A DNA stretch of 64,000 nucleotides. Origin: an uncultured Spirochaetaceae bacterium. Its GTDB lineage: Bacteria > Spirochaetota > Spirochaetia > SZUA-6 > DRHE01. The translations under genes were made by a program, and so were the position numbers. The notes beneath the pieces were generated by a model. That model was given only the letters and a program-made list of their open reading frames with translations. It was not told the origin of the DNA and made no database searches. The stretch covers positions 20,695 through 84,694 of the forward strand of contig CAZPPB010000001.1 in NCBI GenBank assembly GCA_964588355.1. Reading direction: 5' to 3'. Below are positions 44,094 through 54,060 of the stretch, piece by piece. How positions within the stretch are numbered: the stretch's first letter is position 1; the number at the start of each line of letters is the position of its first letter.

Positions 44094-45148
44094 TGCCTGT
44101 AGACAGGGGTTGGTACAGTTCTCCCGGATCCGACGATGATGTAGCGGTTTCCAGCCGTGTCCGGCTGGCCCGAAATCTGATGGATATTCCTTTCCCGCCG
44201 ACGCTGAGCAAGGAGGAGGAGCAGCAGGTTCAGCTCCAGGTGATCGACGCCTTTAGCGAACTTTCCGATCCCTTCGAAACGATCTATCTGGACAGACTGG
44301 CGCCTTTGGACCGGAAGATCCTGCTGGAACAGAACATCATCTCTCAGGATTTCTGCGTGTCCCCCAACAAGTTGGTACTCCTGAACCGGGACGGCAGGAT
44401 GAGTGCCATGGTCAACGAGGAAGATCACCTGCGCCTAGCCTGTCTGGACACCGGGCTGTGCCTGAAGGAGGTCTATGAAGCGGCGGACGCTCTGGACAGC
44501 CGCCTGGAGGACAGGCTGCATTTTGCCGCCTCCATCGAATGGGGCTACCTGGCCTCACGCCTGGAAAACGCCGGAACGGGCCTGAGGGCTTCGGTGATGC
44601 TGCATATGAGCGCCCTGGTGAACGACGGCACGATCGGCTGGGTTTTGAAGCGGATCAACCAGATGGGTCTTCAGATCAAGGGATATTGGGGGGAGGGGGA
44701 CAACTCCCTCGGTGACATGTACCAGATCTCCAATCCCCTGTCGATCGGTCTTCGGGAGAAGGAGATCCTGTCTTCAATCGAAGAGGCGGCCCGGGAGATG
44801 GTGGAGTACGAGCGCAAGGCCCGGGAGGAGATGTTGGCCAGCCGCCGGATCGAGCTGGAGGATCGGGTGCACAGGGCATTCGGTGTATTGGGCTCCTGCC
44901 GGCTGATCTCTTCCAAAGAGGCGATAACCCTGCTGTCCGCCGTACGCCTGGGGATAAGTCTGGGGATCATTACCCAACCCCGAAGAGAGGTGATCACCTC
45001 CCTGATGATCCAGGCCCAAAAGGCGCACGTGCAAAAAAGTCTGGACCAAACGGATGACGATGCAGATAATAAATTAGTAGATTATACCCGAGCAAAACTG
45101 ATACGGCATGCCCTCGAGGGGCATGTCCGGGAGGACAACAATGTTTAA
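44093..45148 (+). CDS. mcsB: Protein-arginine kinase McsB (ATP:guanido phosphotransferase family)
   Basis: Phosphagen-kinase active-site loop NAGTGLRASV and the ATP-gua_Ptrans C-domain pattern. Followed by clpC. Confidence 0.8.
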   Translation: MPVDRGWYSSPGSDDDVAVSSRVRLARNLMDIPFPPTLSKEEEQQVQLQVIDAFSELSDPFETIYLDRLAPLDRKILLEQNIISQDFCVSPNKLVLLNRDGRMSAMVNEEDHLRLACLDTGLCLKEVYEAADALDSRLEDRLHFAASIEWGYLASRLENAGTGLRASVMLHMSALVNDGTIGWVLKRINQMGLQIKGYWGEGDNSLGDMYQISNPLSIGLREKEILSSIEEAAREMVEYERKAREEMLASRRIELEDRVHRAFGVLGSCRLISSKEAITLLSAVRLGISLGIITQPRREVITSLMIQAQKAHVQKSLDQTDDDADNKLVDYTRAKLIRHALEGHVREDNNV

Positions 45149-47681
45149 GGGTTTGACTCAGCGCGCTCAGAAGATACTGACGGTACTGGCCCAGGAAGAG
45201 GCGAAGAGATTTCATTCCGACCAGCTTCTTCCTGAACATATAATAATAGCCCTGCTCAAAGACGGAGAGGGGGTCGCGGTCAAAGCATTGCAGAAAGCCA
45301 AGGTCGACCTCGGGGAGATGCAGCTGGAAATCGAGCGTTCTCTGCCGATGGGCAAGGGAGGGCTTATCCTGGGGGATGTTCCTCCGTCGAAGAGAGGCAA
45401 AAAGATTCTGGAGGATTCGGCTGCGGAAGCCCGCAACATGGGTCATGAGTACATCGGAACCGAACATCTTCTTCTGGCCTCCAGCCAGGAGCAGGACAGC
45501 GCCACGGCCCGCTATCTGAATCGCCAGAAGGTGGATGCCGGCAAGCTGCGGGAGCTGATCATCCAGATCAACGGGCTGGGTGACCTGAACCCGCAGATGC
45601 AGCAGAAGAGAAAGAGCCAGCCTCTGGCCAGGAAGGCCACCCCCACGCTGGATGAGTTCAGCAGGGATCTGACCAAACTGGCGCGGGAGGAGAAACTGGA
45701 TCCGGTGATCGGCAGGAGCCGGGAGATCCAGAGGGTCGTTCAAATACTGGCTCGCCGTACAAAGAACAATCCGGTCCTGATCGGAGAACCCGGCGTGGGC
45801 AAGACGGCCATCGTCGAAGGGCTGGCCCAGAGGATCGTGACCGGCAATGTGCCTGATGCGCTGAGCGGGCGCCGCGTGCTGACCCTGGATCTGGCCTCTC
45901 TGGTTGCGGGAACCAAGTATCGCGGCGAGTTCGAAGAACGCCTCAAGAGGGTGATGAAAGAGATCGTAACGGCGAGCAACGTGATCCTCTTCATCGACGA
46001 GCTGCATACCCTCATCGGTGCCGGCGGGGCGGAAGGAGCAATCGATGCCTCGAATATGCTCAAGCCGGCTCTGTCCAGAGGGGAGCTTCAGTGCATAGGA
46101 GCGACCACACTCAACGAGTACCGCAAATACGTAGAGAAGGACGCTGCGCTGGAACGCAGGTTCCAGCCCATCTACGTGGAAGAGCCGACGGTGGATGAGA
46201 CCATCGAGATTCTCAAGGGATTGAAGGAGCATTACGGCAAATTCCACCACGTCACCTATACCTACGAAGCCCTGGCAGCCTCGGCGGCTCTGTCCCACCG
46301 CTATGTTTCGGACAGGTTTCTTCCCGACAAGGCGATCGACCTGATCGATGAAGCGGGCAGTCGCAAGAAGATCGACAACAGCGTGAGGCCGAAGGAACTG
46401 GCCAAGATCGAAAGTGAGATCGAAAAACTCAGCGCGGAGAAGGGCAACCTCGTGGCCCAGCAGAACTACGAGAAGGCGGCTGCGATACGGGACCAGGTCA
46501 AAACCCTCCGCAGCCGGATGGAGGTGGTCAAGCAGGACTGGGAAGCAAACCTCCGGGTGGAGGAAAATCTGGTCGATGTTGAGGAGATCCAGACGGTGGT
46601 CTCCGAGATTACCGGCATTCCCCTCAACCGCATCGCTCAGAGTGAATCGGAAAAGCTGCTGAAGATCGAAGAGGAGCTGCACAAGCGGGTGATCGGACAG
46701 GATGCCGCCATCAATTCGATTGCCGCCGCTATCCGGCGTTCCCGAACCGGCTTGAGCTCGCCCAAGAGACCTCTGGGATCATTCATCTTCCTCGGTCCCA
46801 CCGGGGTCGGCAAGACGTTGCTGGCCAAGACGCTGGCAGCCTTCCTGTTCGGCAACGAGGACTCCCTGGTGCGTATAGATATGTCCGATTTCATGGAGAA
46901 ACACAATGTGTCCCGCCTGGTCGGCGCCCCTCCGGGGTATATCGGCTACGAGGAAGGGGGGATGCTGACAGAAAAGATCCGCCGACGTCCCTACAGCGTC
47001 ATCCTGCTCGATGAAATCGAAAAGGCCCACCCTGATGTGTTCAACCTGCTGCTGCAGGTACTCGAGGAGGGGCAGCTGCAGGACAACCTCGGCCACACTG
47101 TGAGTTTCCGCAATACCGTACTCATTATGACCTCCAATGCCGGAGCCCGGGAGATCAGCAAGGATGCCTCACTGGGTTTTCATGTGGAAGAGGGCACGAT
47201 GCACTACGAAGAGATCCGCACCAGCGCCCTGAGTGAGATGAAGAGGCTGTTCAATCCGGAGTTCCTCAATCGCGTCGATGAGACCGTGGTGTTCCACAGT
47301 CTGGACCGGGACCACCTGCGGGAAATCCTGGAGCTGATGGTCAAGGAGATTCAGGTACAGCTGAACGATAAGAACATCACCCTGCAGATGACATCCGCGG
47401 CGCGTACCTTCCTGATCGAGGAAGGTTACGACGAGAAGTACGGAGCTCGGCCGCTGCGCAGAACCCTTCAGCGCCTGGTAGAGGACCCCCTATCGATAGA
47501 TATTCTAAAAGGGCGCTTCAAACAGGGCAGCACCATCGTGGTGGACTTCAAGGATCACAAGATCGCCTTCAGATCGAAGAGAACGCGGAAGAGCTCCGAC
47601 AAGGGGACCCAGGCCCAGGGAGGAGATCCCGGCGACAGCTCCGATTCCTCCAAGCTTCCCCGGGAGCTCGCAGTACGCTGA
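45141..47681 (+). CDS. clpC: ATP-dependent Clp protease ATP-binding subunit ClpC
   Basis: Clp_N repeats ([13 protein letters not shown]...). Two AAA+ modules with Walker A GEPGVGKT and [12 protein letters not shown]-like linker between D1 and D2. Start at the internal ATG 45141 (GGGAGG RBS). Confidence 0.9.
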   Translation: MFKGLTQRAQKILTVLAQEEAKRFHSDQLLPEHIIIALLKDGEGVAVKALQKAKVDLGEMQLEIERSLPMGKGGLILGDVPPSKRGKKILEDSAAEARNMGHEYIGTEHLLLASSQEQDSATARYLNRQKVDAGKLRELIIQINGLGDLNPQMQQKRKSQPLARKATPTLDEFSRDLTKLAREEKLDPVIGRSREIQRVVQILARRTKNNPVLIGEPGVGKTAIVEGLAQRIVTGNVPDALSGRRVLTLDLASLVAGTKYRGEFEERLKRVMKEIVTASNVILFIDELHTLIGAGGAEGAIDASNMLKPALSRGELQCIGATTLNEYRKYVEKDAALERRFQPIYVEEPTVDETIEILKGLKEHYGKFHHVTYTYEALAASAALSHRYVSDRFLPDKAIDLIDEAGSRKKIDNSVRPKELAKIESEIEKLSAEKGNLVAQQNYEKAAAIRDQVKTLRSRMEVVKQDWEANLRVEENLVDVEEIQTVVSEITGIPLNRIAQSESEKLLKIEEELHKRVIGQDAAINSIAAAIRRSRTGLSSPKRPLGSFIFLGPTGVGKTLLAKTLAAFLFGNEDSLVRIDMSDFMEKHNVSRLVGAPPGYIGYEEGGMLTEKIRRRPYSVILLDEIEKAHPDVFNLLLQVLEEGQLQDNLGHTVSFRNTVLIMTSNAGAREISKDASLGFHVEEGTMHYEEIRTSALSEMKRLFNPEFLNRVDETVVFHSLDRDHLREILELMVKEIQVQLNDKNITLQMTSAARTFLIEEGYDEKYGARPLRRTLQRLVEDPLSIDILKGRFKQGSTIVVDFKDHKIAFRSKRTRKSSDKGTQAQGGDPGDSSDSSKLPRELAVR

Positions 47682-47707
47682 GGCGGACCTCGGTCCGAGG
47701 AGAGTTT

Positions 47708-50701
47708 TTGCGCATCAGAGCCTCCCTATTGACTTTTCTCTCGATTGTTCTCCTGAGCCCTCCGGCAGGTGCCCAGAGTGCTGAAAATCTCTTCGAAGCC
47801 GGAAGAAAAGCCTTCCAGGACGGCATTTATGACATGGCGGGAAGGAACTTCCGGGAGCTGACCGATCAGTACCCGGAAAGCCCCTTCGCCGACGATGCCG
47901 AGTATCTCAGCGCAGTTGCGGATTTCTATCTCGGGGAGTTTCGAGCCTGCGTTTCCACCTTGAAGAACTACGCCCGCAAGTATCCCCGCTCGCCGAACAA
48001 CAGCAGGGTATCCTACTGGCTCGGCAGCGCCTACTTCCAGCTGCTCGACTATGCGCAGAGCCATTCCCACCTCGAGGATCAGGTCGAGCGGTATCCCGAA
48101 GAACAGCCGTACTACGATCACGCTCTGCTGCTGAAGGCGATGGTGGAGGAGAATCTCTCCGATTGGGCGGCGGCGCGGCGCAGCTACCGGGAGGTGTTGA
48201 GCAGAGAGTCCGCCCGGGAGCTGTGGCCCGAGAGTCTGTACCGCTGCGGGGGCATCGACCTGCGCAGGGCAGATTACGCCGATGCGTTGACCGCTTTCAC
48301 CCGGATCCTGGTAGAGTTCCCGGACTCGGCTTATGCGGATGAGGCGGTTTTCTTCCTGGGGGAGTGTCAGTTCTTCGTCGGCCGTTACGCCGAGGCTGAG
48401 CGAAGCTTCAGATCCGTTCTGGAGACCGATCCTCCGCCGGAACAGTTGGAGACCGGCCTGTATCGACTGGCCTTGATAACATCCGAGCTCGGCCGCAAGC
48501 CAGAGGCCCTGGAGTTCTGTACTGAGCTGCAGCGGCTTTTTCCCCGCAGCCGCTTTGCCGAACCCCTGGCCCGGCTGGAGGCGGACCTGCTGTTCGATCT
48601 GAGCCGCTACGCAGAGGCCTACGACGCCTATCGGCAGGCCCTGGCAACGGCCGGCGAAGCGCAGGAGCGGCAGGTCATCTACTACAACATGGGGCTTTCG
48701 GCCTACCTGGACGGGGATCTGCGCCGGTCCGTCGAGCCTCTGGAACAAGCGCTCCAGGGCCGCTGCGGGATCGCCGAGCGCAGCCTCTTTCGCCTGGCCG
48801 CCGCGCAGGCCGAGCTGGGTTCCGTGCAGGAGGCTTCCAGTCGTTTCGAAGAGTTCAGGCGCCGCTTCCCCTCGTCTGCGAAGCGCGAGGAGGCCACCAG
48901 GATCCTGTCCGCCCTGTACGACGAGGGAGGACGGCGCAGCGAAGCCGAAGCGCTGTATACCGAGCTGATCACCCGCTACCCGGGTTCCTCCTATCAGGAC
49001 GAGTACCTGTTCAAGCGCGGCAGTTCCTATCTGCAGGGCGGCTCGATCACCGCCGCACTCAAAGACTTCCACTCCCTCAACGAGCGCCGCCCAGACTCCG
49101 CCTATCGCGGGGAAAGCACGTACAACATCGGCTACATCTACTCGCAGCGGGGGGAATATCAAAGGGCAATTCCCTATTTCGAAGACGTTCTGAAAGCCGA
49201 TCCTTCGGCGGAGCTGGCCGGCCGGGCCATCCTGGCCGCAGGGGTGTCGGCCTTCAATGCGGGGGACTACGAGGCGGCGGCTCGGTGGTTTCAGAGGAAT
49301 ACCGGCCGGACCCCTCAGCCGGGCACTGCCGGAGCCGCCGGGGCGGCGTGGGTGGCAGAGAGCTGGTTCTACCTGGGCAGAACCTACTACAACAGCGAGC
49401 GGCTGGAGGCCGCCGCCGAGAGCTTCGCAAAAGCGGCACAGCTGTTGGGCGGATCGCCCCGGGGGACGGCCGGGCGAAAGGATGCCGGCACCGGCGGCCT
49501 CCAGGGTGAGGAGGCGCTGTTTTGGCAGGGACTGTCGGAGTTCAGGCTCGACCGATTCGCGTCGGCCAAAGAAACATTTCTGACCCTGACCACCCGCTAT
49601 CCGGAGGGACAGAGGGCCGCGGAGAGTTACTACAGAGCCGGTATCTGTACCGCTCAGGTAGAGGGCTACGCACAGAGCATCGAGTACTACGACAGGGCGC
49701 TGCAGGCGGTAACCGCCGCGGCGGCGAACACCCAAAGCAGGGAGTACAGGGAAAACCTCCATCAGGAGATTCTTTATCAGAAGGGACTGAGCCAACTGTC
49801 CGCCGGACAGAGAGATCGGGCCGTTCAGACATATGAGACGCTCAGTCGGGAGTACCCGCAAAGCGCCCTGGCTTCAGAGGCCTTTTTCAAGATCGCCGAG
49901 GAGGATTTCCGATTAGGCGATTACAGAGCCGCCACCGCCGGCTTCCTCCGGGTCAAGGATCGCTTTCCCTCCACCCCGGCAGCGGCAACCGCTCTGTACT
50001 GGGCGGGACTGAGCGCAGCCCGGGCCGGAGACCAGGCCGCCGCCCTGGAGTACCTGATCGGCTACCTGGAGGACAATCCCGACGGTACCGGGGCTCCCAC
50101 CGGTGGTTTGGTAGATTTGGCGATGCAGGAGATCCGGGGTATCCTCTCCGAGATCGGAGGTCCCCGGCAGGGGAGGGAGGGGCGGATATTCGAAGAGTTC
50201 TACAGGCGGGTCGATCGCAGTCCCTCCCTCGAGCCGGAGCTCAAGAATCGGGTGCGCCTGGAATATGCCCGTTTTATTTTTACAGAAAAACCCGAGGCAG
50301 CGATGGCAATACTGCAGACCGTGAGGGGCGAGGATCCGGCGGAACCCCTGGCCGGCGAGGTGAACTTCATGATCGGAGAGTACTACCGGACCGAGGGTGA
50401 GCTGGAACGGGCCTACGACATTTTCAGCGGAATAATCGGCGCCAATTCCGAGAGGCCGGGAGCGGAATCACAGCTGGCGATCGGCCGGATATTGGAGGCC
50501 CAGGGCCGCAACCAGGAAGCGGCGGAAGAGTACCTGAAAGTGCATTTCCTGTACCCGGATCATGCAGATCTGGCGGCTGAGGGCCTTTACATGGCCGGGC
50601 TAATGTACTGGAATGAGGGATACCGGGACAGGGCGGCGGAGCTGTTCGACAGGCTGGCGAGGGAGCATCCGGACAGCCCCTGGCTGGAGCAGGTGCCCTG
50701 A
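47708..50701 (+). CDS. Large secreted tetratricopeptide-repeat protein (about 997 aa)
   Basis: Signal peptide MRIRASLLTFLSIVLLSPPAGAQSA. More than 15 TPR/YbgF-like repeats throughout. A hairpin plus T-run and GGAGAG RBS precede the TTG start. Confidence 0.6.
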   Translation: MRIRASLLTFLSIVLLSPPAGAQSAENLFEAGRKAFQDGIYDMAGRNFRELTDQYPESPFADDAEYLSAVADFYLGEFRACVSTLKNYARKYPRSPNNSRVSYWLGSAYFQLLDYAQSHSHLEDQVERYPEEQPYYDHALLLKAMVEENLSDWAAARRSYREVLSRESARELWPESLYRCGGIDLRRADYADALTAFTRILVEFPDSAYADEAVFFLGECQFFVGRYAEAERSFRSVLETDPPPEQLETGLYRLALITSELGRKPEALEFCTELQRLFPRSRFAEPLARLEADLLFDLSRYAEAYDAYRQALATAGEAQERQVIYYNMGLSAYLDGDLRRSVEPLEQALQGRCGIAERSLFRLAAAQAELGSVQEASSRFEEFRRRFPSSAKREEATRILSALYDEGGRRSEAEALYTELITRYPGSSYQDEYLFKRGSSYLQGGSITAALKDFHSLNERRPDSAYRGESTYNIGYIYSQRGEYQRAIPYFEDVLKADPSAELAGRAILAAGVSAFNAGDYEAAARWFQRNTGRTPQPGTAGAAGAAWVAESWFYLGRTYYNSERLEAAAESFAKAAQLLGGSPRGTAGRKDAGTGGLQGEEALFWQGLSEFRLDRFASAKETFLTLTTRYPEGQRAAESYYRAGICTAQVEGYAQSIEYYDRALQAVTAAAANTQSREYRENLHQEILYQKGLSQLSAGQRDRAVQTYETLSREYPQSALASEAFFKIAEEDFRLGDYRAATAGFLRVKDRFPSTPAAATALYWAGLSAARAGDQAAALEYLIGYLEDNPDGTGAPTGGLVDLAMQEIRGILSEIGGPRQGREGRIFEEFYRRVDRSPSLEPELKNRVRLEYARFIFTEKPEAAMAILQTVRGEDPAEPLAGEVNFMIGEYYRTEGELERAYDIFSGIIGANSERPGAESQLAIGRILEAQGRNQEAAEEYLKVHFLYPDHADLAAEGLYMAGLMYWNEGYRDRAAELFDRLAREHPDSPWLEQVP

Positions 50702-50723
50702 CTATCGGCGAGGCGAGGCAGCT

Positions 50724-52289
50724 ATGACAGAAACCGTAGAGTTTATGGATACAACGCTTAGGGACGGAAACAAACTTCCCTTTGTCGTCCTGGACCGGCA
50801 TGACCGCCTGGTGATAGCCAGGCAGCTGGCTGCGCTGGGGGTGGATATCATCGACGCCGGCTATCCGGCCGCCTCAGAGGAGGAGCGGGACATCGTCGGG
50901 ATAATCGCTGAACAGGTGCGGGGCCCCCGTATTTCCGCCCTGTCCCGGGCGGTGGTGGAAGACGTGGCGGAGGTTTGCGAGCTGCTGTCAAAAAGCCGCA
51001 AACCCCACGTGCACATCTTCCTTCCCCTTTCGCCCAATTTCCTCGAGAACAAGCTTCAGCTTTCGAAAAAAGAGATCCTGGCCCGGATTCGCCGCTGCCT
51101 GGAGACGGCCGGAAAACTGCCGGTACAGTTCTCTTTCGGCCAAATCGGGGAGGCGGAGCCGGAGTTTCTAATCGAAGCTGCGGCGGTGGTGGCCGACAGT
51201 GGAGCTGCGGTGCTCAACCTGGCCGACACCAACGGCGGGATGCACCCGCAGCAGGCCGCCGAGTTGATCGGGAGGATTGCAGCCGCCCTCGGCCCTAAAC
51301 CGGCACTCAGGATCGGGGTGCATTTCCACAATGACCTGGGGCTGGCCACCGCCAATTCCCTGGCCTGCCTGGAAGCGGGGGCGCGCCATGTCGAGTGTAC
51401 TGTCGGCGGGCTGGGTGAGAGGGGAGGCAATGCGGCCCTGGAGGAGATTGTTTTCGCCCTGGAGGCATTCGGGCAGCGGTTGGGCTTATCCCATAATATA
51501 CGGTTGGATCAGCTGTGGCGCACCTCTACGCTGCTGTCACGCCTGACGGGGATTTTTCCCCATCCGAACAAGGCGGTGATCGGAAAATGTGCGCTGCCGG
51601 AATCGATGCCCGGAGACGGAGGTGATGCGGGAAAAACGCTTCCGGGACACCTCGGGCAGCTGCTGCGGGGAGCCACCATCGGCAGATCAGAGGATTCCCT
51701 GTTCGGAGATCAGGAGATGAGCCGGGCTGGATTCCAGCAGCAGCTGCAGAGTTACCGGATCGATATCGAGGAGGTGGATCTGGACAAAGCCTACGGCCTT
51801 TATCAGTCCCAGGTTCGCAGGAAAAAAACGGTTACCCTGAGTGAGGTGCAGTCGATCGTGGAGCAGGCCCGTCTGCGGCAGACCCAGGCGGTCTTTTCGC
51901 TCGGCTCCTTCAGCGTGATGACTGGTTCTCACTGCCTGCCCGTGGGAAGCGTGGAGCTGAAGACGGGAGACTCCCAGCTGGTGCAGACTGCGACGGGTAC
52001 CGGACCGGTGGATGCACTGTGCCGGGCCGTGGACAGGGCGGTCGGACTGGACCCGCGGTTGATTCTGTACTCCGTGGATATGCTCACCGAAGGCAAAGAC
52101 GCCCGGGCTGAAATAACGGTCAGTTTAGCCTACATGGGAAGACGGTTTCACGGACACTCCGGTTCGACGGATGTGGTGGAAGCCAGCCTGCGGGCCTATC
52201 TGGATGCTGTGAACAGCATCGAAGCCCACCGGCGAGCCTATCCGGAGGAACAGTTCTACATCAACGGCGAAGAGCTCTGGTGGGAGTAG
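50724..52289 (+). CDS. 2-isopropylmalate synthase / (R)-citramalate synthase family enzyme (LeuA/CimA) with C-terminal LeuA-dimer regulatory domain
   Basis: DRE-TIM N-terminus MDTTLRDGNK...DAGYPAASEEE and HxH motif region VHFHNDLGLATANSLA. C-terminal allosteric domain. Internal ATG start at 50724. Confidence 0.8.
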   Translation: MTETVEFMDTTLRDGNKLPFVVLDRHDRLVIARQLAALGVDIIDAGYPAASEEERDIVGIIAEQVRGPRISALSRAVVEDVAEVCELLSKSRKPHVHIFLPLSPNFLENKLQLSKKEILARIRRCLETAGKLPVQFSFGQIGEAEPEFLIEAAAVVADSGAAVLNLADTNGGMHPQQAAELIGRIAAALGPKPALRIGVHFHNDLGLATANSLACLEAGARHVECTVGGLGERGGNAALEEIVFALEAFGQRLGLSHNIRLDQLWRTSTLLSRLTGIFPHPNKAVIGKCALPESMPGDGGDAGKTLPGHLGQLLRGATIGRSEDSLFGDQEMSRAGFQQQLQSYRIDIEEVDLDKAYGLYQSQVRRKKTVTLSEVQSIVEQARLRQTQAVFSLGSFSVMTGSHCLPVGSVELKTGDSQLVQTATGTGPVDALCRAVDRAVGLDPRLILYSVDMLTEGKDARAEITVSLAYMGRRFHGHSGSTDVVEASLRAYLDAVNSIEAHRRAYPEEQFYINGEELWWE

Positions 52290-52305
52290 TCAGGGATGCA
52301 GCCGC

Positions 52306-52869
52306 TCATTCGTTGACCCGCTCGACGTACTCACGGCTCTCGGAGTTGACCAGTATCTTGTCTCCCGCCTTGATGAACAGCGGCACCTTTACCACCAGCC
52401 CCGTTTCCAGCGAAACCGGCTTCGTGGCTCCGGATACCGTGTCCCCCTTCAAACCCTCTCCGGCTTCGGTCACGGTCAGCGCGACCTTATATGGCAGCAG
52501 GATATCGATGGGTTTTTCATCCCAGAAGGACAGTTGCACGGTTTCCCCCTCGAGGATGAACAGCCGCTTGTCCTCATGGCCCTCAATGGGCATCGTGAAT
52601 TGCTCGTAGGTCTCCAGATCCATGAAGTGGAACAGTTCCGCGTCGGCATAGAGGAACTGAACATCCCTCGACTCCACGTTGATGTCCTCGAGATTCTCCT
52701 GGCTCTTGTTGACCTGTTTAAGCACCTGGCCGGTGACCAGGCTTTTGAGTTTCAGACGAACGAAGGCCGAGCCTTTTCCCGGATTGACGAACTCCCGCTC
52801 TACGACCACATGGGGTTCATCTTTGATGAGCAGAAATACACCTTTGGAAATAGCACCTGCGCGTATCAT
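52306..52869 (-). CDS. efp: Elongation factor P
   Basis: MIRAGAISKG..VNPGKGSAF.. The KPGKG loop Lys is present. Three OB-like domains. Confidence 0.9.
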   Translation of the reverse strand: MIRAGAISKGVFLLIKDEPHVVVEREFVNPGKGSAFVRLKLKSLVTGQVLKQVNKSQENLEDINVESRDVQFLYADAELFHFMDLETYEQFTMPIEGHEDKRLFILEGETVQLSFWDEKPIDILLPYKVALTVTEAGEGLKGDTVSGATKPVSLETGLVVKVPLFIKAGDKILVNSESREYVERVNE

Positions 52870-52923
52870 AGATTTTTCCTATCCTAATGACTTCCCCCTC
52901 CTGTTTCAAGGGTGAGGGGCAGT

Positions 52924-53961
52924 TCAAGTTTGTTCTGATGCGGGCTCTTGCCCTGAAGGGTCGAAGGCGCCGAAGGGCAGCAGCCGGCGGATCGAACTCT
53001 GGCCGAGCAAAAACATGAGCAGGCGCTCCAGCCCCAGGGCGACGCCGGAGCAATCGGGGAATCCCCTTTCCCGGAGAATGCGCAGCAGCTCCCGGTCGCC
53101 GGGATGGGGCACCAGGCCCCGCTGCTTCGCCCTGTCCTGGCTGTCGTAGAAATCCTCGTAGGCGCCGGGATCTGTTTCCTCGGAGTAGCAGTTGGCGATC
53201 TCCACGCCGCCCAGATACAGCTCCCACCGCTCGGCCCAGGGGGTCCCAGGTTTTCCGCGTGCCAGGGTGGGGATCAGGGCGGGGTAGTCGTAGAGGACCA
53301 CGGCCCGATCGGCGGGCAGTTTGGGTTCCACGGCGCTCAGGAAGATCTTGTGGAACAGATCCTCCGGACCGTCCTCCCTCGTGACCGAAAGGCCGATCCG
53401 CCGGGCTGCCGCGGCCAGCGCATCGGCGCCTCCCTCGAGCAGCTGATGCAGGTCCGGCTGCAGACAGCTGCGGAAAGCCTCGGCCATGGACAGGCGAAGG
53501 AATGGAGCGCAGCAGTCCACCTGCTGATCTCCCCAGGTGAGGACAGGCTGCAGAGACAGCCCGGCCAGCAGATGGCCGAAAAGCTGTTCGGTGATGTCGA
53601 TGGACTGCAGGTAATCGGAGCCCAGGGTGTACCATTCCAGCATCGTGAATTCCGGATTGTGGATGTCCGTTGTCGGTTCGCTGTTACGGAAGGATTTGCA
53701 GATCTGAAAGATACTGCCGGATCCCGCAGCAATCAGCCGCTTCATCCACAGTTCCGGGGATGGGATGAGGTAGCAATCCCGTTCGGCGCCGTGGCGCGGC
53801 AGGTAGCGGGTGCTGAACACCTCCAGAGAGCCTTCCGGTATCAGGGAGGGGCAGAGCAGTGCCGTATCCACTTCCAGATAACCCCGATCGCGGAAAAAAT
53901 CCCTGGTCAGCTGGATGAGCCGAGCTCTGTTTCGCAGCAGTTGAAAATCGCAGCTATCCAC
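52924..53961 (-). CDS. epmA: EF-P--(R)-beta-lysine ligase EpmA (GenX/PoxA; truncated class II LysRS paralog)
   Basis: Class II core without an anticodon-binding domain. FFRDRGYLEVDTALL, NPEFTMLEWY and PDCSGVALGLERL closely parallel E. coli EpmA. Lies upstream of efp. Confidence 0.8.
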   Translation of the reverse strand: MDSCDFQLLRNRARLIQLTRDFFRDRGYLEVDTALLCPSLIPEGSLEVFSTRYLPRHGAERDCYLIPSPELWMKRLIAAGSGSIFQICKSFRNSEPTTDIHNPEFTMLEWYTLGSDYLQSIDITEQLFGHLLAGLSLQPVLTWGDQQVDCCAPFLRLSMAEAFRSCLQPDLHQLLEGGADALAAAARRIGLSVTREDGPEDLFHKIFLSAVEPKLPADRAVVLYDYPALIPTLARGKPGTPWAERWELYLGGVEIANCYSEETDPGAYEDFYDSQDRAKQRGLVPHPGDRELLRILRERGFPDCSGVALGLERLLMFLLGQSSIRRLLPFGAFDPSGQEPASEQT

Positions 53962-54060
53962 AGTGCAGAAATCCTCTATACGCAGCCATTGGACAACGGG
54001 GTGCGGGTGTGACTATATTCTGAAAAACGTTTCGCATCGAGTCATCGCAATCATGTTGGA

